Shown here: piece after piece, positions 39,290 through 49,223 of the stretch
Numbering within the stretch: position 1 is the stretch's first letter
How the letters are laid out: each line of letters begins with the position of its first letter
Origin: a virus
Length of the DNA: 64,000 nucleotides
Reading direction: 5' to 3' (one strand)
IMG/VR virus record: IMGVR_UViG_3300042561_001378
Coordinates: 14,144-78,143 of that record
Made by a program: the position numbers and the translations under genes
Notes under the pieces: model-generated
The model's database searches: none
The model's input: the letters and a program-made list of their open reading frames with translations, nothing else
What the model was told of the DNA's origin: nothing

Positions 39290-41080
39290 ATGATTACTAC
39301 AGATTGTAGCACAGAGACTACACAGCACGAACAGATCGCCGCTGCCCTTGCCACTGCGATTGAGCATGGGATGGTGGTGTGGGATCCCCGTGTTGAATGG
39401 GATAGCGAGGATCCAGACTATGAGGCACTGACCGAGTTATCGCCACACCGCGCTGCGTTGAGGCGGTTGGGCATCGTATTCCCCACTAAGGCCCGCTACC
39501 GCGATCGCCTTGAGGTAGTGCCCCAGGGTGCTGAGACTTGGGCGGTGCACAACCTCACCAAGGGCACGGAGTACACCGTTACCACCAAAGGCCTACGGCT
39601 GGACTGCACCTGCGATCAGTACGGCAATGGATTCTGTAAGCACCGGGAGGCGGTGGAGGATTGGCGGGACGAGCATGGCCGTGCGGTGGTTCCCCCGGCA
39701 TGGGTTGACGACACAGACCCCCAGTCCGCAATGCTTGAGGTGATGGGCGTCATTGCAACACCCCCCGCCCGAACCTACGACTTCACCCCACACTGGACGG
39801 TGCCATTCCCGCCCAGTGATGAGCAATCGGCAGCGCTCCAGGCCATGGCGGCATGGTACGACAGCCAAGACCCTATCTTTAGGCTCACGGGCTATGCAGG
39901 CACCGGCAAAAGCACAGCTATCCAGGCCTTTATCAAATACCTGCAAGCCCTTACCCTGCCCCCTCGGATTGCCGTCGCGGCCCCCATCAACAAGGCCGTA
40001 AAGGTACAGCAACGAATCCTAAGGGCTTGGGGCCTTGGCTCTATTCCCACCCACACCTGCGCTCAACTCTTTGGGGTCAAGCGCAAGGTAATTGACGGGG
40101 TGGAGGAGTTTAGCGTAGACCCTGATGCCTACCCCTATTACAAGGACTACAACATCATTGCCATTGACGAAGCCAGCACGATCAACGCTGAGCTTTGGGG
40201 CATCCTCTTAGACGCGGCCCACAGTGGGTTAATGGCCCCCCGATTCATCGTCATGGGTGACCCGGCGCAGCTACCCCCGATCAACGAAGGCGAGTCCCTG
40301 GCCTTCCGCCACGCCTGCCCCAGTGCCCACCTAGCCACCGTACAGCGCTACGATGGCCCGGTCGCTGAGCTAGCCGACAACTTCAGACAGCACCTCGATC
40401 GCGCCATATTCCCCACCTTCACTACAGCCTTCGACCCTGAGACCAGGAAAGGGGTCTATGCCTGCGACCGCCCTACCTGGGAGGCGTTGATCAAAAAGGT
40501 GTTCACCTCTGACGAGGCCCGCCGCGATCCAGACATGGCTAAGATTCTGGCTTACCGCAACGTCCGGGTCGATGCCCTCAACGTGATGGTACGCAATGCC
40601 CTGGGCTACCGTACCCCGTGGGTGGTGGGTGAGCGGATTATTGCCCTGGCCCCCTATGCAATCCCTGGACAAATGGTGCTGAGTACCTCGGACGAGGCAG
40701 CCATCCTCAGCATTTATGAAATTACTCTCATGGGACTACCGTGCTGGCAACTCACCCTAGATAATGGGGGAGCCATCCCGGTGCCCAAAGACCCCGCCGC
40801 ATTCAAGGCCCAACTTGATGAGCTAAAAAAGACAAAGCAGCACGGTAAGTATTGGCTCCTAAAGGAGTCAGTTGCTGATGTGACCTACGCCTACGCTCTC
40901 ACAGGCCACCGGGCGCAGGGCAGTACCTACCGCTATGCCTTCGTCGATGTGGCAGACCTGGCCCGCTGCAAGGGCATGGCGAGGACGGTTGACGGCGATC
41001 GGGTTTATGAAAAAAACCAATTGGCCTATGTTGCCTTTTCGAGGCCCACTGAACGGTTGATTTTGAATACAGGTAAATAG
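39290..41080 (+). CDS. SF1 RecD/Dda-like helicase with an N-terminal SWIM zinc finger
   Basis: CTCD...CKH; GYAGTGKS; IDEAS; GDPAQLPP; YALTGHRAQGSTY. Confidence 0.9.
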   Translation: MITTDCSTETTQHEQIAAALATAIEHGMVVWDPRVEWDSEDPDYEALTELSPHRAALRRLGIVFPTKARYRDRLEVVPQGAETWAVHNLTKGTEYTVTTKGLRLDCTCDQYGNGFCKHREAVEDWRDEHGRAVVPPAWVDDTDPQSAMLEVMGVIATPPARTYDFTPHWTVPFPPSDEQSAALQAMAAWYDSQDPIFRLTGYAGTGKSTAIQAFIKYLQALTLPPRIAVAAPINKAVKVQQRILRAWGLGSIPTHTCAQLFGVKRKVIDGVEEFSVDPDAYPYYKDYNIIAIDEASTINAELWGILLDAAHSGLMAPRFIVMGDPAQLPPINEGESLAFRHACPSAHLATVQRYDGPVAELADNFRQHLDRAIFPTFTTAFDPETRKGVYACDRPTWEALIKKVFTSDEARRDPDMAKILAYRNVRVDALNVMVRNALGYRTPWVVGERIIALAPYAIPGQMVLSTSDEAAILSIYEITLMGLPCWQLTLDNGGAIPVPKDPAAFKAQLDELKKTKQHGKYWLLKESVADVTYAYALTGHRAQGSTYRYAFVDVADLARCKGMARTVDGDRVYEKNQLAYVAFSRPTERLILNTGK

Positions 41081-41089
41081 GAACACCCC

Positions 41090-41992
41090 ATGGTTGCTAG
41101 CCCCATAGTTTCACGGGAGACTCACGATAATTTGTCTCCCGACCACTTCCCCTACTTCCTCGAACGCGGATTCAACTTTGACCACATCCAGCTAATCCAG
41201 TCCTGGGGTGTTCGCTCGATCAACCTACAGGAGTCCCTACGGCTAGGGATCAAAAAGTACGACCCTGGCACCAAAAGACACCTCAGTGATGGGGGTATCT
41301 GGTTCCCCTTCACCAGCACCTATGGCCAGGTCAGGTTCAACACCCCCCTAACCCTCAAGTCAGGGGAGACATTCAAATACCTCAGCCCTCGACAACCAGC
41401 AAAGGCCTGGATACCGCCAGGGGGCCATGGGTTTGGGTCAGTGGAGGCCATCACCGAGGGCTGGGCCGATGCCGCTGCGCCGACGGTAAGGGGCGTGCGC
41501 ACCGCCGCGATCGTGGGAACCTACAACGTAATCTACAGCATCGACAAAGACTGTGGTGTGCCCCTTATCTACGACTCTGATGGGTGGATGAAACCCCAGG
41601 TAATGAGGGCTTTGATCCTGGGAGCACTCTGGACGAATGGCCGGGTAAATCTTTTCCCGCAAATGGAGGCTTACCCCAGCGGTGGGGGCAGTGAGTTTTT
41701 TAGGTCGGGCCGTACCATTGCCGACTACCAACAGCTCATCAATGAGGCCCTGACCCCTCACCAGTTGATCAAAAAATGGATCGGGTTCTGGCCCCAGATG
41801 GATAGGGCCACTCAGACCAAGGCGATCGGAGTAGCGGCTGAGGCCGCTTACTGGATTCGCAACCCTGACCAGGTGCTGAAATACCTGGAGCAATGCCGAG
41901 AGGAAAAGATCCCGGTTGAAGTTGGCACCAGTATTTACCACGAAGAAACCCACATTGACTTCCTATCCCAGGCCATCGAGGAACCAACATGA
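41090..41992 (+). CDS. TOPRIM-type primase (DUF3854-like)
   Basis: KYLSP...AITEGWADA...LIYDSD. Confidence 0.7.
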   Translation: MVASPIVSRETHDNLSPDHFPYFLERGFNFDHIQLIQSWGVRSINLQESLRLGIKKYDPGTKRHLSDGGIWFPFTSTYGQVRFNTPLTLKSGETFKYLSPRQPAKAWIPPGGHGFGSVEAITEGWADAAAPTVRGVRTAAIVGTYNVIYSIDKDCGVPLIYDSDGWMKPQVMRALILGALWTNGRVNLFPQMEAYPSGGGSEFFRSGRTIADYQQLINEALTPHQLIKKWIGFWPQMDRATQTKAIGVAAEAAYWIRNPDQVLKYLEQCREEKIPVEVGTSIYHEETHIDFLSQAIEEPT

Positions 41993-44271
41993 GCCGCCTA
42001 GCCCAGATCGCTGATACTGACCTTGATGCCCTGCTATACGACATCCGCACAGCTACCAAAATTTACGACAAACGAGACTTTAATAAAAAAGTAGTGGGCA
42101 AGGCTGAGCAAAAAATGCTCAAACTGGTTCAGGCCGTCGCCGTCAAAGAACGCCAGGACATTGAAGACGAAGACCGCTACACCCTGCCCAGCGGTATCAC
42201 TATTGAGCAGCACCTATTTAACTTGACATTTTGCGACAAAGAACGGCCCATCAAGGTGATTGACCACGCCTTTAGGCAGTACGACCCAGAGTATGGGTAC
42301 TGGGCCAGCATTCCAGACGAAGAACTAGAACAGCGGGTGCTCCAAAACGCTGAGCTATCCCATTACCCACCGACCAAGACCGGGCCAGGGCGATCGCTGG
42401 CAACGGCGGCGAATGTGGAAAAGGCGATGAAGTTTGCGGGTAAGAAGTTATTCGCTTCGACCCACAAGACCAACAGCAAACACCTGATCGCATTTCGGAA
42501 CTATACCGTTTGCACCAAGACAGGCGACACCAGAGACCACAATCCTGATTACCACATCACCACATGCCTACCCTATGACTATGCCCCTGGGGCTGCCTGC
42601 CCCCCGGCGATGCTGGGCTACATTGCCAGTAGCTTTGGTGACTCCCAGGTTGAATACGTCCGGGCTGCGCTAGGGCTGATCCTCGACCTGACGGCCCCTG
42701 ACCGGTTTATCCATCTAACGGGTTCAAGTGGTTCTGGCAAGGGGGTTTTTACCCGGCTGATTATGAAGTTCTTTGGGTCTGAGTCGGTAGGTTCACCCAA
42801 CAATTTCAAGATTTTTGCCAACCCCGACCAGGTGCACCAATACCTATCCGGGAAAAGACTACTGGCCATTGATGACATCGTAGGGTTTATTGGTGAAGAG
42901 ATTGGCCGGTTTTACACCGCCGTCGAGCGCACCGCGATGAATGCCCGGTGTTTATTCCAACCCAAGGGCTATACCCAGCAGTTTGATTGCCGGTATACCG
43001 TGGCTAGCGTGGGTCAGCTATCGGCCAAATACAGCAACTCTAAAGGCTGGGAACGGCGGGTTTTCCCATTGCCGACGGTTAGGGCATCCAGGCAAGAGGA
43101 GGACGAACGGCTAGAAATTGAACTAGAGAACTGCATAGCCGACATCGTGAGCTGGGCTTTGGGTCAGGATAAATCCCTGAGAAACGATATCCTACGCCAC
43201 CCCGCCAAATACAATCCCGCCGCCGCCGAGTACTTCAGAGATGCCGCATTCAGCAGCAGCAGCGCCTGGGCCTTTATTGACGAATGCCTAGAGCCTAGAA
43301 TCCCCAGCGTTACCGATGCCTTTGACGACCAGGGCGTCAACGAGACTGAACTTTACCTGGCCTACAAGGCCTATACCGCTGCCGTGGGTAAGCCGCCGAT
43401 GAGCCGTGATGGGTTTGTCCATGAGCTGCGCCAGGTGCTGCCCCTGAACTGGGTCGATCGCCGGTCGGGTGGCAAGGTCAAGCGGCGGTTTGTTTATATC
43501 CGATTGCGCCCTGCCTTTGAGTTTGGTGAGTTTGGGGCGACCTGCAACATGGAGGCCCGAGGTTATGACGGGGTGCTCCAGTTTAGGGAATGGTCAGCCA
43601 AGTATGGGTTTATGCATCCATACGACCCCGGTGATCTTCTTGAGCTTCTTTATGGTTGCCGCCTCAAGTGGAATGATCACCCACGCCCATGGATAGCTGA
43701 GTCAAACGATGGTGAATCGCTAGTGTGCATCCATTCAGATGATGAAATTGGCTCAAGGCTATTCGCCGAAGTCCCAGCATCCGAGCTAAGTCGATGGCCA
43801 AACGACCCACCTCAGCCACCCCCATCAGAGCCTTGTGCAGACCATGCAGGGCAAACAGGCCTGCTTTCTAGCGTAGAACCCGTGTGTGTTTCCGAAAAAA
43901 TTCCGCCGCACACACAGCCAAATAATTTCAACGAAGGCCTGCATGGCCTGCACACCCCGCACAGCACAGACCCAGAGCCCGTTAGCCCGTCACAAGGTTG
44001 TTTTGATGGCGATGGGCAAGTGGTGACGCCATGGCTTACCCCTGGCAAACCAGCGTGGTGGACGGATTTTGAGCAGCGATTGATCGAGGCCACCACCTGG
44101 GAGCAATTGCAGCAGGCTAAGACCAAGACCTCAGCGAGCAGGCGCAGCCAGATTATGAACACCTGGGACAGGGATGGGCGCTACGAATGGCTCAAGGGCA
44201 AGGCCGCACGGTTAGAGACTGAGGCTCAGGGCCAGCAACAGCAGGGGCTCAACGTGGGGGGTATGGAATGA
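41989..44271 (+). CDS. D5/P4-family primase-associated SF3 helicase
   Basis: D5_N-like IAFRNY...HNPDYHIT; GSSGSGKG; AIDD; WERRV. Confidence 0.85.
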   Translation: MSRLAQIADTDLDALLYDIRTATKIYDKRDFNKKVVGKAEQKMLKLVQAVAVKERQDIEDEDRYTLPSGITIEQHLFNLTFCDKERPIKVIDHAFRQYDPEYGYWASIPDEELEQRVLQNAELSHYPPTKTGPGRSLATAANVEKAMKFAGKKLFASTHKTNSKHLIAFRNYTVCTKTGDTRDHNPDYHITTCLPYDYAPGAACPPAMLGYIASSFGDSQVEYVRAALGLILDLTAPDRFIHLTGSSGSGKGVFTRLIMKFFGSESVGSPNNFKIFANPDQVHQYLSGKRLLAIDDIVGFIGEEIGRFYTAVERTAMNARCLFQPKGYTQQFDCRYTVASVGQLSAKYSNSKGWERRVFPLPTVRASRQEEDERLEIELENCIADIVSWALGQDKSLRNDILRHPAKYNPAAAEYFRDAAFSSSSAWAFIDECLEPRIPSVTDAFDDQGVNETELYLAYKAYTAAVGKPPMSRDGFVHELRQVLPLNWVDRRSGGKVKRRFVYIRLRPAFEFGEFGATCNMEARGYDGVLQFREWSAKYGFMHPYDPGDLLELLYGCRLKWNDHPRPWIAESNDGESLVCIHSDDEIGSRLFAEVPASELSRWPNDPPQPPPSEPCADHAGQTGLLSSVEPVCVSEKIPPHTQPNNFNEGLHGLHTPHSTDPEPVSPSQGCFDGDGQVVTPWLTPGKPAWWTDFEQRLIEATTWEQLQQAKTKTSASRRSQIMNTWDRDGRYEWLKGKAARLETEAQGQQQQGLNVGGME
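43834..43964 (+). repeat. about 130-bp ori-like element inside the helicase CDS
   Basis: Homologous to 47428-47561 and to the inverted copy at 13264-13397. Confidence 0.8.
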
Positions 44272-46004
44272 TGGCCGCCTATTACAACGAGATCGACCCA
44301 AACGCAGCGCAGTGGTTGAGGGAATTAATCAAGATGGGCGCGATCGCCCCTGGTGACGTAGACGAACGGAGTATTGAAGATGTCTTTCCAGATGACCTTA
44401 GAACTTACAGTCAATGCCACTTCTTCGCCGGAGTCGGGGGATGGTCACTCGCCCTCAGGCTTGCAGGATGGCCAGACGATCGCCCCGTGTGGACAGGTAG
44501 CGCCCCCTGCCAACCGTTCAGCGCGGCAGGCAAAGGAGGCGGGATTGCTGACGAGCGGCACCTATGGCCAGCGCTCTTTTGGCTCATCAGCCAGTGTCGC
44601 CCTGAGACAGTCTTTGGTGAGCAAGTTGCATCAAAGGATGGCCTCGGATGGTGGGATATTGTTTCGGCTGACCTGGAAGGAGCGGGTTACGCCTGCGGGG
44701 CAAACGATCTATGCGCTCCGGGGCTCGCCGCAGTCGCCAAAATCCCAGTTGACTTTGTTGATGAATTTACTGGAAAACCATTTACGGTCTTACTCCGAGA
44801 TGTACCCAGCAGTGCGCCCCATCTTCGTCAACGCCTTTACTGGGTGGCAAACACCGACAGTCCAGGACGGCAATGGCAGGGACAGACACAATCAGCGGGG
44901 CGGGGGCATAACCCTATCGCTATTGGGGGAGAGCAGGTTAGCCCCCTGGCCAACGCCCAATGTCCCGAACGGGGGGCGATCGCCGAAGGATGGGGCAGTG
45001 AGCAGCACGGGGCAGTCGGAGAACGGCAAGCGCCAAGTGGATCTACAAATGGCAGCACGGTTAGCACCCTGGCCCACCCCGAAAGTGCAGAATGCGAATG
45101 CACCAGGGGAACACGGGCAGGGCGGGCAGGATCTACAGACCGTCGCCCTTGGGACAACCCCATCTGGCTCCCCTGCGCCGACGGAAAAGCGCGGCCAGCT
45201 CAATCCAGCATTTTCAAGATGGTTGATGGGATATCCTGTAGAATGGGATATAGCGGCTATCAATGCGTATCGCTTAAGGAAGAAGAGGAAATAGAAGATG
45301 GGCCGACCACGAAAGCTAGATCCAGAGAAGTACTGCGAAATGTGCGGGATTCTGTTGATCCGGAAGGTTTACGGGGGTGTGAGGTTGGAAGATCTTTCGA
45401 CTTTCAAGAAGCGGAAGTATTGCAACCAGAAATGCATGGGCGAAGCGATGGAGGGGACGATCAAGGTAGAGAACCCCAAGAATTACCGCCGTCAATCTGT
45501 GAAGACCCGCAAGGGGAATTGCGAGAAATGCGGCAGGGGGGATTCTTTGCTGCATGTCCATCACAAAGACCACAATCCCATGAACAACGACCCGTTGAAC
45601 TTGACGACGTTGTGCGGTTCCTGTCACCGTCTTTGTCATTCGCCCAACTACACGGAGATGGGCGAACCGAATCAGCCTTGCAGAATTTGTGGCAAACAAT
45701 CGGCGAGGCAGCAGCTTTGCAATACCCACTTAACCAGGCTGAAGAAGCATGGCGATCCCTTGCTGAAGAAGGTAAAGCAAGGCTCAGAATGGGTTTTGAC
45801 CCGTGTAGATGGGTAGAAATTCAGCAATACACCAATCCGTTGGTTAATGGGCTACCCCGTGGAGTGGGATATAGCGGCGATATTAGCCCACAGACAGCGC
45901 AAAACACGGCAGAAGGGCGGGGAATGAGACTAAAGGGGTATGGCAACGCCATAGTCCCTCAACTGGCCGCTGAGTTTGTTGCAGCAACTATGGAGTGTCT
46001 GTAA
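44268..46004 (+). CDS. C5 cytosine DNA methyltransferase (alpha-type polypeptide)
   Basis: FFAGVGGW (motif I), SAPCQPFS (IV), EQV (VI), RQRLYWVA (VIII), LKGYGNAIVP (X). Confidence 0.88.
   Translation: MMAAYYNEIDPNAAQWLRELIKMGAIAPGDVDERSIEDVFPDDLRTYSQCHFFAGVGGWSLALRLAGWPDDRPVWTGSAPCQPFSAAGKGGGIADERHLWPALFWLISQCRPETVFGEQVASKDGLGWWDIVSADLEGAGYACGANDLCAPGLAAVAKIPVDFVDEFTGKPFTVLLRDVPSSAPHLRQRLYWVANTDSPGRQWQGQTQSAGRGHNPIAIGGEQVSPLANAQCPERGAIAEGWGSEQHGAVGERQAPSGSTNGSTVSTLAHPESAECECTRGTRAGRAGSTDRRPWDNPIWLPCADGKARPAQSSIFKMVDGISCRMGYSGYQCVSLKEEEEIEDGPTTKARSREVLRNVRDSVDPEGLRGCEVGRSFDFQEAEVLQPEMHGRSDGGDDQGREPQELPPSICEDPQGELREMRQGGFFAACPSQRPQSHEQRPVELDDVVRFLSPSLSFAQLHGDGRTESALQNLWQTIGEAAALQYPLNQAEEAWRSLAEEGKARLRMGFDPCRWVEIQQYTNPLVNGLPRGVGYSGDISPQTAQNTAEGRGMRLKGYGNAIVPQLAAEFVAATMECL
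44374..45294 (+). CDS. overlapping alternative-frame MTase beta-like polypeptide
   Basis: 306 aa in another frame within the MTase; W(P/Q)TP repeats and LNPAFSRWLMGYP. Confidence 0.6.
   Translation: MKMSFQMTLELTVNATSSPESGDGHSPSGLQDGQTIAPCGQVAPPANRSARQAKEAGLLTSGTYGQRSFGSSASVALRQSLVSKLHQRMASDGGILFRLTWKERVTPAGQTIYALRGSPQSPKSQLTLLMNLLENHLRSYSEMYPAVRPIFVNAFTGWQTPTVQDGNGRDRHNQRGGGITLSLLGESRLAPWPTPNVPNGGRSPKDGAVSSTGQSENGKRQVDLQMAARLAPWPTPKVQNANAPGEHGQGGQDLQTVALGTTPSGSPAPTEKRGQLNPAFSRWLMGYPVEWDIAAINAYRLRKKRK
45298..45816 (+). CDS. HNH endonuclease nested inside the MTase ORF
   Basis: CEMCG...YCNQKC; CEKCG..LHVHHKDHNPMNNDPLNLTTLCGSCHRLCH. Confidence 0.8.
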   Translation: MGRPRKLDPEKYCEMCGILLIRKVYGGVRLEDLSTFKKRKYCNQKCMGEAMEGTIKVENPKNYRRQSVKTRKGNCEKCGRGDSLLHVHHKDHNPMNNDPLNLTTLCGSCHRLCHSPNYTEMGEPNQPCRICGKQSARQQLCNTHLTRLKKHGDPLLKKVKQGSEWVLTRVDG

Positions 46005-46173
46005 TGTTCTTCCCAAAATCTCATAGTCTTCCCGTGATGGGAGACACGGTACGCATCGACCACAACCCCGAACCCTACACCTGGGACAGTGATGGCCGCT
46101 ACGAATGGCTCAAGGGCAAGGCAGACAGGTTGGAGACTGAAGCAAATAACGCAACACAAGGGAGCTTAGGGCA

Positions 46174-46308
46174 ATGACATTTCTAATCAGCATTGGGCAG
46201 TGGAGCGGGATTTATTTTTATAACGGGTTTACCACTAGGCTGTGCCTTGGGTGGGTAGCTTTCACGTTCATTCCATTAGACGACACGGAAATAATGCAGC
46301 ACAAATAA
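46174..46308 (+). CDS. 44-aa protein, paralog of 50156..50353
   Basis: MTFLISIGQWSGIYFYNGFTTRLCLGWVAFT versus MTLAISIGSWGGFYLHWGHTKRICIGWVALT. Confidence 0.6.
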   Translation: MTFLISIGQWSGIYFYNGFTTRLCLGWVAFTFIPLDDTEIMQHK

Positions 46309-46811
46309 TGTTCTTCCCAAAATCTCATAGTCTTCCCGTGATGGGAGACACGGTACGCCTCGACCACAACCCCGAACCCTACACCGTGGGCATGGTGACA
46401 CCCGATCGCACCTGGTATCACCTCATAGAGCTAGATGAGCCGGTGCGGGTGGAGTGTTTGGCCTGGTATCCACGGGTGGGGGACAGGGTAGAGGTGCTGT
46501 TTTGCCCCTACTTCAAATGGCTACGAAGCCGCTTTGACCATCACTGGTCGAGGTGGTGGGCGGAACCGGGGGAGCGGCGGGCGATCGAGGCGACCCTAGA
46601 CCGGATCAAAGCCGCGATGAAAGAGGGTGTTCGCTACCGGGTGGGTGACCTGATGAAGGTTGAGGGCGACTTAGCAGAGGTGCAGTTTGGCAGCACCGCC
46701 GAAGTGTTGCCGATGAATTGTGTAGCAGTAGCGAGGGTTTTGATAGATGCAACAGTTAAAGGCAACACCGGGGACGACACAGCGGATCGGACTGGTCGAG
46801 AAGCCGCCTAA
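46308..46811 (+). CDS. hypothetical protein
   Basis: TAATG-coupled start MFFPKSHS. Confidence 0.55.
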   Translation: MFFPKSHSLPVMGDTVRLDHNPEPYTVGMVTPDRTWYHLIELDEPVRVECLAWYPRVGDRVEVLFCPYFKWLRSRFDHHWSRWWAEPGERRAIEATLDRIKAAMKEGVRYRVGDLMKVEGDLAEVQFGSTAEVLPMNCVAVARVLIDATVKGNTGDDTADRTGREAA

Positions 46812-47358
46812 TGTGAAGCTCAAACCCATCTCCGAAGATGAACTACGGGAGGGGGCCGAATGGATGGCGATGCTATCTAAAGACTATGGATTTAAACCAG
46901 GGGCTATTAAATCCAAGAGCACCCAGAGCTACACCAGGGGCCTCACCACTGCCTGCATACGGGCGATGAACCGTTACCACGACCGAGAGACATGTTTCCC
47001 CGCCAGCGAAACCTACAACGCCGCCACTGGGCGGAGCGGGGATATTCTGGGCATCGTTGACGCGATTGTGATGGAGGTGGCCCCAGTACCCCGGAACCGA
47101 TGGGTGCAGGCGTGCGGTCGAGACTGGCAAAGCCACATCACCAAAATGGCCGACTATGACCACGTCAATCGGGTGCGGCAAATCCTGGCGAACGAAACCC
47201 ACACACTCGAACTCTGGGGATGGGTACAGTTCCCTGGATTCACCAAAGGGGGCGGCAGGGCCAAAACCATGTTCTGGTATCCCAGGGTGCAGGTGATTAC
47301 CCTTGACTTCATCCTAGGCCAGGAGCCGCCGCGATTCGTGCGGTTCTGGGAGGCGTAA
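46747..47358 (+). CDS. putative PD-(D/E)XK nuclease/resolvase-like protein
   Basis: DILGIVDAIV...WVQAC motif. Confidence 0.4.
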   Translation: MQQLKATPGTTQRIGLVEKPPNVKLKPISEDELREGAEWMAMLSKDYGFKPGAIKSKSTQSYTRGLTTACIRAMNRYHDRETCFPASETYNAATGRSGDILGIVDAIVMEVAPVPRNRWVQACGRDWQSHITKMADYDHVNRVRQILANETHTLELWGWVQFPGFTKGGGRAKTMFWYPRVQVITLDFILGQEPPRFVRFWEA

Positions 47359-47427
47359 CCTGTAACCCTTGCCCCGTAACGCATACAACCCCGTCATGGT
47401 GGCGGGGTTTTTCTTTGTTCGATCGCC

Positions 47428-47561
47428 CTGTGCAGGCCGTGCACCCCAAACACCCCCGGTTTCTAGCGCAGAAGTCGTGTGTGTTTCCTAAAAAATTCCG
47501 CCGCACACACACCCAAATAATTTCAACGGAGGCCTGCATGGCCTGCACACCCTGCACAGGG
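47428..47561 (+). repeat. about 130-bp ori-like element, intergenic copy
   Basis: Homologous to 43834-43964; follows a terminator hairpin at about 47387-47415. Confidence 0.85.
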
Positions 47562-48016
47562 CGACCAGGATTGCGACCCAGAACCCTTGACGCTATCATG
47601 GCGCTGTCGTACAATTGTCGTGCAAGTCTTAGGAGATTATGGACGCAATGACTAAGGCAGGATTGTTTGCAATGCTTGATGCCTTGCAGGAAGAAAACAG
47701 ACATCTGCAAACAAGTCTTTGTTATTGCAAAGACTTGTTGGTGATTTACCAAACAGGTTTTTTAGACATTTGCCGCCAAGATGGACGCATTGGAGAGGCT
47801 AAGCATAATGGCTAGTTACAGGTTACAAGTCAGGCTTTGTGAGCCTGATTTGCTCAGACGGATAAATGCCGCTGCTGCCAGGGAGAGGCTGTTTAGGCCG
47901 GAATGGGTGCGGCGAAAATTGCGGGCTGCCGTAGAGCAGTCTGAGGCTGCCCAACAAAAGGCCGAAGCTGCTGCCGACTATGCAGCGGCGTTAGCCAGGG
48001 GGGAGGGTGCGCCGTT

Positions 48017-48370
48017 ATGATTCTTTCTTTTGGTTGGACAGCCCAATACCTCCCGCCCGCTGGGGCTAAAGACACCACCCGGCGCATTTGGAAGCCCAAA
48101 ACCCTAGCCATTTGGCATCGGGCCTGGGACGAAGGGCGGCTAGAGCACGTTGCTGTAGACAAGTGCTTAGCTTATGGAGGCAAGCGGATTGGGCGGATCA
48201 AGCTCACAGCCCGGCCTGAGTTAGAGCCGCTGTACAAGATGCCGGAGTCAGACTTGATCCGCGAGGGCGGCATGTGTTCTACAGTGCCTGGGTTTATTGA
48301 TGCCTATTTTGGCGGCAATGCGGATCAAGAGGTAGCGGTAGTGCGGTTCAAGTTTGAGGCGATTGTATGA
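48017..48370 (+). CDS. ASCH/PUA-like domain protein
   Basis: MILSF...KDTTRRIWK...GGKRIGRIKL...DLIREG...VVRFKF. Confidence 0.55.
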   Translation: MILSFGWTAQYLPPAGAKDTTRRIWKPKTLAIWHRAWDEGRLEHVAVDKCLAYGGKRIGRIKLTARPELEPLYKMPESDLIREGGMCSTVPGFIDAYFGGNADQEVAVVRFKFEAIV

Positions 48371-48617
48371 AAACCACAATTGACCTCGATCGCCTTGCCG
48401 CCTTGACCGCCTCATTGGAATCAGGGCACCCCATTGAGGCGGTGTTGCGTAAACATGGGATCTACGAGCGTTGGAGTGCCTACGACGTGGTAATTCGGCA
48501 ACAAAAGAACTGGCGTTTTTTGATGTCGGCGACCAATAATGCTTACCAAAAACAATGGGCAGAGGCGGTGAAGGAATTGGAGCCGTGCATTAGGGCAATG
48601 GCTAAGGAGTTGGGGCT

Positions 48618-49223
48618 ATGACAACCATGACCGCTCTTGACTACACCCCGACCATTGCACCCCGCCGCAAGGCCCGTAAGTACACCAGCGAGGAACGGCA
48701 GTGCTGGAGAACGCCCAACACGCCAGATCAGCCTGTGCTGCACTTGGTAGCCCGTGCCCTTGGTGGTGAGATTGGAATTGACGTTACCGCCGACGCCGAT
48801 CGCAGCGTACCCGCCCAGCACCACATTACAAAGGCTATGGACTGCACCAGCTTATTAAGCTGGCCCATGACAACGCGAAATTTTACAGCGTTTATGAATC
48901 CACCCTTTGAAAATCCGCATGTTTACCTAGACATGCTTCGACGATCAATGGATCCTGAGTTTGGCGTGGTCACCCAATCAATCGCGCTGCTTAAAACAGG
49001 CACTTTGCACAACCAAAAGTCAGGGGCCATCATCAAGGCTAACGCTAGCGCCGTCTGCCATTGGGGCGCGGGCAAAGTCGGGCGAATGGGGTTTATTGAC
49101 TGCGACGGCTACCAGGTCACCGGGGCCGATTTTGACACAGTGCTGGTTTACTTTGGCAAGGATCCGTTTTTGTTTTGCCAGGTCTTTGAGCATTACGGGC
49201 TGGTGTCAAAGGTGGTGCTATGA
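48618..49223 (+). CDS. phage N6-adenine DNA methyltransferase (Dam-like family)
   Basis: WRTP, IDVTA, FMNPPF. Confidence 0.75.
   Translation: MTTMTALDYTPTIAPRRKARKYTSEERQCWRTPNTPDQPVLHLVARALGGEIGIDVTADADRSVPAQHHITKAMDCTSLLSWPMTTRNFTAFMNPPFENPHVYLDMLRRSMDPEFGVVTQSIALLKTGTLHNQKSGAIIKANASAVCHWGAGKVGRMGFIDCDGYQVTGADFDTVLVYFGKDPFLFCQVFEHYGLVSKVVL

Noticed and set aside
43105-43131. Partial resemblance of the unit-10 gapped code to helicase codons (ERLEIEL)
   Set aside because: It needs an indel and fails on both sides. No convincing self-target was found by eye, though the search was not exhaustive.
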